In this document: one piece after another, positions 13,118 to 24,449 of the stretch | How the letters are laid out: each line of letters opens with the position of its first letter | Numbering within the stretch: position 1 is the first letter of the stretch | Origin: Epiperipatus broadwayi | Taxonomy: Eukaryota > Animalia > Onychophora | Length of the DNA: 64,000 nt | Direction: 5' to 3' | Assembly (NCBI GenBank): GCA_028023455.1 | Contig: JAQFVV010000003.1 | Coordinates: 7,440,001 to 7,504,000, forward strand | Program-made: the position numbers and the translations under genes | Notes under the pieces: generated by a model | What the model was told of the DNA's origin: nothing | Databases searched by the model: none | Seen by the model: only the letters and a program-made list of their open reading frames with translations

Positions 13118-13889
13118 GATTTGATTAGTTTTATATATTTGTCAGGGATATCTATTAATTTATTATATATATATATATCTTACATCATATTTGCTTTCTA
13201 TTGATTATTATAATACTATCATTAATAATAACCCCCATCTATTATGAAATATGAATGTTGAAGAATTGATAAATTAAATTACATTATTACAACTAATTTC
13301 TAAAAACATTTAATCTCTGAAATCAGACTGACTATAAAGTCTGTCCATCATTTCTTTGTGAATGTTTAGGTATTTCAGTTTATGTGATGAACTGAGTTTT
13401 CTAATGAAATGTATAATGAGAAAGACAAATCTGAAAGGTTTTGCACTAGTAATAGTTTATGAAGCCTAAAAAGTACATCACATATTAGAAAGATTTGATT
13501 AGTTACATATTAGAGTGCAATTTCCACTTTATTGTATATACAGTATATTACTTTCTAGGAATAAAGTAGATCTAATGTCTAAGACAACTTTTCCAAATTA
13601 GGATCTACAGATCTGATGCAGTGGTATTTAGAATATATCTAGAAATATATGTTATTGTTTTTTTTAAAAACTAATGATGTAAACCAAGTTTAATTTTTTT
13701 TAAACATTAAATTATTTTTTCATAAAATGTTATAGTTAACTTTATGCATTCACACAAGTCATGGTCCTCAATAATTAAGTGGACATGTATTTTATATCTG
13801 AAGTCACATTATAATTTAACAAATTCTAATCTAAGATAATCATATCATAAATAAACTATTATATCATAAAAACAACAATAAAAAAATAC

Positions 13890-13990
13890 CACTAAAATAT
13901 CTTGAGTTCCAGGAATTTTTTCAACTACAAAAAATTTGCTTAATTGACTTTCAAGATGAATTCTTTGACCCAATGTCCATAAATGAATTC
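13890..13990 (-). CDS. TRMU: TRMU coding exon, (G)IHLWTLGQRIHLESQLSKFFVVEKIPGTQDILV
   Basis: Acceptor ttatttag|GA, donor GTG|gtattt; 101 nt. Has the TLGQR and VVEK motifs. Confidence 0.96.
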
Positions 13991-14329
13991 CTAAATAATT
14001 TAAAATATATGTATATATAATAACTATGACATAGTAAAATTCACAATAAAATAAAAACAATGTATGTAATCATTTTACATTTTAACATAAAAGAGTATTA
14101 ATTAATATTAAAAAAAAAAAAATCACTACATAATTACAGACATCAGAAACATCTACTGTTGATTTTAAGCAATCTTAGAACATTAAAATATGTTACAAAT
14201 TTCAAAATAATCCTTGGCAATAATAATTTGAATTTTTTAAAAACTTTATACAGAAATTAATATATATAGTTCTAAATCGTTTTTTTTTTAATTAAATGAA
14301 ATCATAAATTTCTGTGCATAGGCTATATG

Positions 14330-14970
14330 CCAGAAACCCTATTAATCAAATTACACATTGTTTCCCTCCAAAAACTTTACAAATTATAATAAACTCATCT
14401 AGTTTTTACTTCTTATTTCTCAATTATTTCTATAATTATCGCCTATCGTATTCTAATAAAATCTATTTCAATATTTCCATTATCCCATCCTAACATTCCC
14501 CAATTTTATTATAAGAGCCTAAATTTTAAAAAAATCATAAAATCACTACTTTTTCATCTTTAAATTTCTTCTATTCTCCATATAGTGATTCTATTTCAAC
14601 ATCTCAATATCCTACACTTCAAAAATAAATGTTCAACACTTTCTCATTTCTGCATAAACTTAAATCCTTATTCCATTTTTGCTTTCTTTCTCTACTATTT
14701 AAAGCTCTCGTCCTTATATCAAATAATAATTAGTTATCTTTAGCATATATTCTTTATACATTTATTTCATTTTTTTAAATAAAAAAATATATGGAAATAA
14801 ACTAATAACTGCGTATTGTAAAATCTTTATTGCTCACCTTCCAAACATTTTAACTTTACTTTTGATTTCCATCATTAAATTAAAAAAGTCCTTCTCATTC
14901 CATCTTATACAGCCTCATTTGCTGTCCACAATTCAGCACCCAAGGCCGCCCATCTACCTATTTTTTTCTA
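14330..14970 (-). mobile_element. 3' part of a non-LTR retrotransposon ORF2 with C-terminal Zn-finger remnant
   Basis: KIGRWAALGAELWTANEAV and LLFDIRTRALNSRERKQKW...C...VEHLFLKC (frameshifted). Probably the 3' end of the element at 16190-18190. Confidence 0.6.
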
Positions 14971-16189
14971 TATTCTATTTAAAATTTTATGATTTTGTCT
15001 TGTCAATATACTTCATATTTATTATGTGAGATACATGCCGTATTTTTAATTAATTCTATTTTTGCTTTTTTTCCTCAACTCTAATTCCTAATTATTTGTC
15101 CTATAAAATACATAAATATTTATCCTCCTGCAAAGACAAATGATTCCTTCCTTCAGTTTTATCCTTCATTTAAATATTACTATCTTAGATTTTTCTTCAC
15201 TGAATTTAGATCACACACCTGCAAATATATATATTATAATGATACAAACTCAGTGGGGTGAACCTGGGGTGATGGAAATCATCCCCATGTCACTACAAAA
15301 TTTAAATATAAAGATAAAAGGAAATGAATATGATGAATGAATATAATGAGCATGAGAGATCAGCACAGAACTAACAATATGTAACTATTTTGTCAGCATT
15401 ACACAAAAGTAATAACCATTAATCATCGTGAATGATCAATAATAAAATCAACAGTCAATCTTGTGACTGGATTTGAAATGGGTCTACTTTAGGCAAGGCT
15501 AATTATTTAGTCCTTGCCAGCTTGGGACATATTATTTAAACTACAATTTGAATGCACAAACTTAAGTACTAAGCCATATCAATACAACAGTAAAAAAAAT
15601 GCTGGGATACTAAAACATGCTGATCATCATCAATGCTCTAGCTACTTAGCACCATTAAAGTACTAACAACTATAAACTTTATTTCTAATAAATATCAAAC
15701 TAAATAAAATGTAGTGCGTGAAATTTAAAGGATATCCCCTTTGCACCAATCCAGGATCATCATCAACTGGAAGTCCATAAACACTAAATAGGAACCCCTT
15801 TTATATAACAGATCTTTATACAGGAATTTAGCTCAGGAACAAAAGCTCTATAACTTATTGTGAACAAGAGATATAATAATTTATAATATTTTAGGATTAA
15901 ATAAATTTACTGGAATAATTTTAACAATGAAATATCAATTGATTAATAACAATTAAAATGAAATTAAGCTCTGCTGAGAATGCCATAAATACAAATTCAG
16001 CATTCTGATTTTGATTAATATACAAAAAAAGCTACCACACTGGGATTTACAAATATGTCAATATATAAAACACCTATATATATCAGCACATAGATGAGCT
16101 TGTATAATTGTTATATTATAATAATAAAAATATTCAATTCGTTTTTAATAATACATAATTAATTTTTTTTAAACTATCTCTTAAATTAA

Positions 16190-18190
16190 TATTTGCATAT
16201 TTTCCCATACTTACAATCATTTTAACTATCATTCCATCTCATCCTCTTGCTTTTTCTTTTTGTTATCCACCTACATCCATCACTCTATCCATCTCATAAA
16301 TTAAGATCTCTAATAAATCATATTAATTTAGCAACTTTCTCTTATTCAAAATTTTCATTACAAATTCGATAAATATTTTTTCAAGTTCTTCTGTAACCTT
16401 ATATGCTCTTATCTATGAAATTAACAATATATTGTTTTTGTTCTAATTTGTTTTTATCACATATCTCCACAATTTTTTCACAATTCTTTCCAGCACTGCT
16501 AATTTCTTCTAATTACCTTTTTATTAAGTTCATCCTATTATCATCTTAATTCTATTCTAGTTATTTCTTTAAGCAGCTATCACACTTAACCTTTATCTCC
16601 TCTTTTCTCATTTGCTTTTTAACAAACTCTTTATAATCCCTAAATGTTTTCTTCTTTCTTTTACACTTTCTAACATTATTTATTCTCTTTTTTATTATTA
16701 TTATCAATCTTATTGGTTCTAAATAAACACTCATTTGCAATCTTCACCATAAATGTCTATTATTCATAACATTTAAAATCACAATCTTTCATGATAGTTT
16801 TCAAAATTCTATTAAATTTGCTCAATTTAATCTCACTGCTTCCTTTCCACCCATCTTATTTAACTTTTACTTTTTCTTCATCAAATATTTTAATTACCTT
16901 TCTTTTTTAATTCTTTTTCATTTATCAAAAAATAATTGATAATATACTTCAGATTCCATCTTGAACATATAAACTCCCTATCACAAACTTAAATTGCCAC
17001 TTTCAATCCACCTTTCTCACATATCCTCTTTAATAATGATCTATTCATATATCATCTACAATCATTTTATAATTATTCTTCCTAAACTCAATAAGCATTC
17101 CCAAATGTTTTCTTTTCATTCTTTCACATTCTCCCCATTTTCAGTAGCTAAATGTATTATATCATACATCCACTTGTTGTTAATTTATTCCGATATAATC
17201 CATATAAGTTCTTTACAATTTTTTTCTAAAATGCCCTCCTTAATAATAATCCTTAAATACCTCCTTTCTTACACATATTTAGATTCTACCATTATGTGGA
17301 TCTCCTTTATTCCTAAATATATTTCTACAATTGCTAACAAATACAATTTTTATTCTGTAAAAAGTTTCAAGTCTCTCCATTTTTTCATATCGTAACTCTT
17401 TCCATATTTTAAAACCAAATATTTTTTTAACGCTCTTGACCTTTCTTTTAAATATTCTTTCTTATATCACGCATCCTCTGTAAAAAATTCTTTTGTGTTC
17501 TTAGATACTTCATCATTCTATCTCAGACATTACCTTTTATGATTTTCAAATTCCTAAATATAAACATATCCCTGCTTTTCATATATTTTTTCAATATTTT
17601 TCATCTTTATTTTAATGATATATCCTATTTTCCTTTTTTTGCTTTAATAGATAATAAAATTTATTATAAGTTAACTCATATAATACTTTATCCCTTTATT
17701 TCTAATAAAACTAATTCATTCCTTTTAAGTAATTTTGTATTTCTAATGAACATATGTCATCATACATCTAAAAAGTGAACATCACTATTATTACACAAAC
17801 ATTTTAATTTCAAATTAATACTACAAACTTTATTTAAATTTATTCCACTATTAAAATTTTACCCATTTCCCCCCTTAAAACTCACCATCATAATTTCAAA
17901 ATATTTTATGATTTCTTCAGTAGTCTTATTAGTTTACACTAACATTACAACGCACTTATCTTTATTAGTTTTTCCTAATACCCTAACAATATCTAAAATC
18001 CCAGCTCTTGTCACACATATCAATCTATTCTCTCTATCATTTCCATATAACATATTCCTACAATCCGTAAGTATTGAATCATCCAATTCCTACTTTTAAT
18101 TTCTATATATCCCCTCACACTCAGTAGCATATTGTAAGGCTTACTTACAATCTTATAAACATAACTTATTCAAATACAAGATCAAAACAT
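16190..18190 (-). mobile_element. Decayed LINE with SGNH-esterase ORF1, AP-endonuclease and the start of RT (CR1/L2- or RTE-X-like; clade not resolved)
   Basis: ORF1 remnant reads LDDSILTDCRNMLYGNDRENRLICVTRAG...VMLV*TN (GDS and GTN esterase blocks, both degenerate). Endonuclease end CEKGGLKVA...IINYFLIN; RT start KARG*DG at about 16250. Confidence 0.6.
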
Positions 18191-21100
18191 AAAATAAAAA
18201 AATATAAGTATAAGTTTATAATAAGTAAACTTATTATATTTTTTATACATACGTACATATATGTATTTAACTTAAGCATTAAAATCTTAATTTAGATAAA
18301 TAGCTACTTAAATAGTTGCTAATTAAATTAAAATATTAAAATAATTCTTTTTCATATATATATGAATTATTTGATTAATATTATTAATCAAGACATATAC
18401 ATGGAGATAACCCCAGGTCAATATCATATCTTAGCAACTAAAACAAAGAAAATAGAATCCAATTATAAATTATAATTATTTCAATAATAGGAGAATATTA
18501 AATCATAAAAAGCAAATATTATACATACTACTGGAAGTCAATTCCAGTATAAAAACTAAATCAAATAATTTTAAATTTAATCCTATCTTTTGCTAAGGAA
18601 CTAACCACTATACTTGATTGTTCTGCTGTGTTCGAATTTTGAACATCTCAAAGAAGATGGATCAATAATTTTAAAGAACTTCTTCATGACAGAAATTTAA
18701 TTATAATAGAACTCCAATTTCATCCAATAAAAGGAATAAATATATTATTCTTTAATATTATTATATTTTCAAAATGAAATTATCTACATATTTTTGTTTA
18801 TTAATTATATAAATTTAGAATATAATTATAAACTGAAATTCTAATGAAGAGAAATTTATTCAAAAACTTTCATAAAAATTGAAATTCAAATATTTTAAGA
18901 AGACAAGAATTATTAAAAATGCATCGTAGCTAGATACCACTTGTCATGGGACGAAATGCTAGTGTTTTAATTAAAGTTGATGGAATTATTTAATTCTACA
19001 AAATGCCTAAAATATATATGTATTTCATAGACATAATTTTCAATGAGGATTCGATTGGTAGTGAAGTAACCTGGAGAAAAAGATGCTGACTTCACATGAT
19101 AGGAGAAATTATAAGCAACAGAATATTTTGATTGCCTCTGCGATGATTGATAAACAAAGAACCTTAGGCCTATATCATTGATGAACATTCTTAGCTTCAT
19201 TATGGAAGGGAATAGGATATTATTCAATTCAACATCTCAGATTACATTCATGTGTTATATACTTTTGACATCTAAATTTTATTTCCTTTACTTCTAAAAA
19301 TTGTTTATGCTGCAAATCCTCCATTCAAGAAAATTATTTAGATGAAGAGAAATAGAAGATTACGTTAAACTTTTTTTTTTAATAAAATTTAGGTCTTCCA
19401 TTTAAGAAAAATGACATTGATTGAGGTAAACTTAATGCAAACTCAATATGAAGATAAGATTTTACTTTCTTCATATTGGACCTATTTATGACAAACAGTT
19501 TTGTTTATTACTAATTTAAATAATATAATAACATTTGTTTACTATTCTTTGTGTGTATTACTAACATCCTTGAATTAAAGGCTTTTATTTCACAATATGA
19601 CCGCAAGCAGAGAGGGTTATTTATAAAATTGGAATTGCTTCACAGGGATCTTATAATTTAAACCATCATCGATACATATAATATTAAATTAAGACTTAGT
19701 AATATTATAATTTTGAAATCCTAAATTTTTGATTACTATTTTATAAATTATTGAAATGTGTTCATGTTATGATGTATATTACTATTATGGCAATATGAGA
19801 AGGTACTATTTAACTTAATGTTATAATTAGTAAAAATATACGCAAACACGTGTTATAATAATTTTTTTTTATTTTGTTACATGAAATCCAGTTATATTGT
19901 TATCTTTGAATAAATATGTTAAAGTTTGTTTAAAATTCAAGGAGGTCTCTTATTTGTTTGATTTATTTAAATATTTTATGAAACAAAATATTGGCGAATG
20001 CACATACATGTATATATCATATCAATTATACATCTTAATATTGTAAATAAATTATTTATAAAATAATTTATTGAACTAATTATTACTATGGAATATTGAT
20101 GGTAATACCTGAAGAGAGTTAAATGCAATATCTGCCCTGAGTTTGAATTCTGAGCATAACGGAACCATCAACGAAGGTGTAGATCAGATAAATCAGTCTA
20201 GGTTATATTGGTATTGAATAATTTAATTTTAAATTATCTTGTTTGATATAGACTCAATTTTAGATTATAATTACATTGTTTCATCCATGGCATCCTATAC
20301 AAAGACCCTAAGTCTGACTATAGTTAGATGCGATCACCTTGATTATCTGAAAAGGACATACTGTTACAATATTCTTATAAGAATCAGAGCATTGAAGTGC
20401 CTTCTCCTCAGCTAATCATGAAATAAGGTATTATAAAAAACATTTTCTTTTATTTTACAAAAGCTCTATAGAAGAACATCTAATGCTCTGAATAATATAA
20501 GTTTCAGCTCTTTAATATAATAAATTATATAATGAAATATTTTATATTTATAATTATATCATGGAAAAATCATAAACTGCACAAACAATCCTCTTTATGG
20601 AAGTAAGACTGGATTAAAGTATTAAGTTTAACTCAGAGGAAATATTGATTAATCATCGATTAAATAAATGTTTTGTTGAAGTCATGTTGGAAATTCAATC
20701 CAGATGTATTAATATGTAATAGATAGTATAATATTCAGTTTATGAATTTCTATTTTAAATTTATAAGTTAATATTTAAGTACATTATTTTCATATTAGAA
20801 TCCTAGTCCTCACTAAAGAAAGCAAAAGTCAGAAATCGGTTTGGAAATTTAAAGCAATACATTATCTGGCATCCATTCATTACTCAAGATACAATAGATG
20901 ATGCTAGATAGTAAGGTCAAAAGAATTGGTTTTAATTATATCCAAATGATAATTTTTATCATAAACTCTCTAATAGTTATCTGAGAAAAAAATCAAAAAG
21001 TAATTTTTTTTTCATATTCAAAAAAAAAACATCCAATTTTAACACCCACCCACCCCCTGAAGCTTGTGGATCATTTTGTATTAGTACACTTTAATTTTTT

Positions 21101-21320
21101 TTCTTTCTAAATCATATATTTATTTCATGCCTTTTAACCAAAAATTTTTTAAAAAACAACTTTTCATCAAAGATATAATTTAAAAAAAATTCTATTCACA
21201 AACTAAGAAAGAGTAGCATATTGTATATGCAAGTTTAAAATTGTCTATTTTCTACTAGAGATATAATCAGTGATTAGCTTCTAGTACTTATGTTTATAAT
21301 TTTACTTTAATAAAGATTTT

Positions 21321-21423
21321 GCATTGGTGGTCGAGAGGTCAGCGCGACTGCCTTGCACTTGCAGACAGTTGCCCGGGTTGCGGGTTCGCGTCCCGGCCGA
21401 TGCTATGACACTTAAAAAAAAAA
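21321..21423 (+). mobile_element. Short tRNA-derived SINE with poly(A) tail and 12-bp TSD
   Basis: Acceptor-like stem GCATTGG/CCGATGC, A box TGGTCGAGAGG, B box GGTTCGCGTCC, TGC anticodon-like loop, A-tail 21414-21423. TSD AATAAAGATTTT (21309-21320) / AATAAAGATCTT (21424-21435). D-arm and variable region are not canonical, so this is not called a functional tRNA. Confidence 0.85.
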
Positions 21424-21529
21424 AATAAAGATCTTTATCTCTTTTTTTTTTTTTTTTTTTTTACTCAAAGAAGAAAACCAATGTTTAAAAAATCATAAGA
21501 AAGTGAAAAAAAAAAGCAATTTTGATTAA

Positions 21530-22030
21530 ATGTGAAGAAGCCAGGAGCTAACTTGAAAATCCTTGGATTACTTTAAAATAATGAAAGGTCAATCAATCAA
21601 TAAGATTAATTCTGAGCAAAAATGCAGTACAAAGTCTGCAATTTTAATATAAATTCTTCTAAATTTTGAATGTAATAATTAACAATTAAATCATGAAACA
21701 AGTGATCAAATAATAATAAACATTCTTATACACCAAATCTGTATTCACACTTTTTGTCTATGAAAATTTTTGTTTCAATATAAAAAATAAAACAGCAAAG
21801 AATTTTTCAAGAGCTCTCATAAAGAAACAATGAAAGAGAAGGCAATACTCATCAATTATTGACTAATAGAGATTTGAGTGATTTTCCATTCTTGTTTTAC
21901 CTGTAGCAAAGAATAACTGGAAACCCATACCTGGGAGAAAATAATAAACCTCTTGAAAAAAAATTAATTTATTCCAAATTCAAAGCCCAAGTTGTAGTCA
22001 GGCAAGTTGATGAATTATCTTTGCACCATC
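21530..22030 (+). mobile_element. Very decayed hAT (SPIN/Buster, GTF2IRD2-like) transposase fragment
   Basis: NEREGNTHQLLTNRDLSDFPFL..THLxGENNK resembles the MNEKGK..LSD..WLxDLAFL..LNxxLQG segment, with many frameshifts. Confidence 0.35.
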
Positions 22031-22589
22031 AATTTCTTTACTTGATTTTAATAAATATATATATATATATATGTAGATGGAAATGGGAATGCATATTGAT
22101 GAAAAAAAATACAATATTTATTTATTCAAGGTTGATAGGATTAATCAAACAATTTTCTATTTGTGAATAAGATAATTATCAAATTTAAACAATTTTAAAA
22201 ATTAACAAAGAAGTTATATGCAAAATTTGTTTTAAATAATTAATATTTATGGATAAAATAATTAAATCATAACAAAGACTTTTTTACTGGGGCTTGATGG
22301 GAGTTCTTAAACTGATACAAATTTCACTTTTAACTCATTTGATAGTAAAACTAATTGTGTTCAATGCTATTTTGGAATAAGATTTTGTATATTTAGTACT
22401 TAAATTTTACATGCACAATAATAGATTAAGCATTTGAAAGACAGACATATATGATTTGAGAACATTCCCTTACTATTTCAAATAATAAATATAAAAAACA
22501 AGAAATTTTATTAAAACTTTTTATTTGTATGATAAAAAAAAATATTCAAATTATAAATATAATTATTGATTTATAGATTTATAATAACT

Positions 22590-22850
22590 GATAGTTTAAT
22601 TAATAATTAATTTTTCTGTTTTTTTATGAAGAAAATTAATATTTTCATAATTCAACTATTGATTAATGTCACTGTCAATAAACATTAATGATAGTATTGC
22701 ACAGCCCAGGCTATTTCTTAAATAATTTTTAATCTGTTTGAAAACAGAAAAGAATGGTTTCTATCTTGCACTAAATACAGGTAAAATAAAAAAAATATTT
22801 TCAAAATTGTCTCCACATTCAATGAAAGTAGATTGCAAGCTATTAATTAA
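22590..22850 (-). mobile_element. hAT transposase C-terminal dimerisation-domain remnant
   Basis: LQSTF...ILPVFSAR*KPFFSVFKQIKNYLRNSLG...LSLMFIDSD matches the hAT TLPVSSASxERSFSxLKxIKNYLRNSL motif. Confidence 0.75.
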
Positions 22851-24449
22851 TAATATCATTGGAGTTTTTTGTTCCCCAATGACTTTGACTGAATAATTAA
22901 TTAGTCTTCATTTATAGTTTGGTTATTTTACAATGCAGGTTAGATTTAAACATTTTGGAATTAGTGAACCATTAATAAATTTTGCCATCCATATTAGAGG
23001 CCGCTGCTAAATGAGGCCCAAAACATATGCCTCCTAAGCTCATGCAAAAATCTTCAATCACACAAACATACAAATACTATACTAACTAATTAAATGTAAC
23101 ATAAATCAGGACTAATAAATATTAATGATAATTATTAAAATTAAATTTAAAAAATGATGACTTTCATTCTTCTTCCATTAAATCATAATTTTTTTTTATT
23201 TTGTATATAATTTTAAAATTAAATATCTTTTATTTCAATAAACAATTAAAAACAACAATAATAATATGCAGTCAACAGCATATAAAGAATTACATTTAGA
23301 AATATCCATAATAAAAGAAAATGACAATGTTAATTAGTCTTTCTTTTATTAAATACTTAATGAAATATTGTACAGGATATTTTATTGTCACTTTTTTTCT
23401 ATATATTTATTATCTCTCATTAAAAAAATATCATTACTCTTTAAAAAAAACAAAAAACAATATAATTTATAAATTAATAATAAATAGATATTTTTTATTT
23501 TTCAATACTGAAATCCATTGAAAAAAGTATGAAACCCTTTACATACTTCTCAACAAAATTAAATACATATATAAATAAATATTAAAAATAAAATATTTCC
23601 TTATTTAAATTTTTTTTAAAACAATATGGGATTGCTTTTTCAAAAACAAAAAAATCTATAGACATCAGTCTCTTTTGAAAATATTTCACTGCATTAGAAT
23701 TTTTTAATAACAGGACAAATAATTATTTTAAATAAAGAAAACTAGAAACTAGCAATATATTGCTTTCCTTAGCATATTGTTCTGGTATTCAGTTCCATTC
23801 ATGCAATATATACCTCCATGAGGAACTTTTTTATACTATATATTCCATTGATAATGAAACAGTAAGATTCGCATTCGGATCTTAAGTTTCACCTTTTTCT
23901 ATCATCTCTCACCCAACCACCCTATCATCTCTCACCCACCACCCTCTCATACCCAAATTTAAACTCTTTGGTATCGAATTGTGTGTGTAGCAATATTAAA
24001 AATGTATAAATATATGTAAAATTCACCATAAACACACACACGTTTCGATAACAAATTTAAAGCAATAAATAAAAATAAATGATATAATTTAGATTTCTCT
24101 TTTAGTTATATAATTTTATATAACTTTAACTATTTATTTTAATTTGTAAAGTTCATTATTTATTGCTGTGTATAAATTTTGTATGGCTGCAGAAAGGAGT
24201 TTGCTATTAACTGAAAGGACCTTTTTCCTCTTTCTGAAAAAGAAAAAAAAAAGAAAAAGGAAAATTCCTAATTTCCACCCAATACTTCTTGATGTGGGAG
24301 CTGTTAAAACTATGAGATTATACAAAGAGAAAAAAAACATGGAGGGGCCACCAACACAAATAAGCCAGGGGGGGGGGTTTATGGGCTTTTAACTCTGAGT
24401 TTAAGATCAAGAAACACCATGTCTTTCTTCTCAGTGCCTGATAAAGCAG

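Noticed and set aside
15735-15785. Minus-strand TTGATGATGATCC...GGTGCAAA, resembling Penelope hammerheads
   Set aside because: Helix II is mismatched and there is no helix III or helix I partner.
18925-18965. Possible Helitron 3' end (GGGACGAAATGCTAG|T)
   Set aside because: The hairpin is incomplete and no matching 5' TC end or Rep/helicase remnant was found.
21321-21404. Functional tRNA gene
   Set aside because: The D-stem does not pair, arms carry insertions, and poly(A) plus TSD indicate a retroposed SINE.
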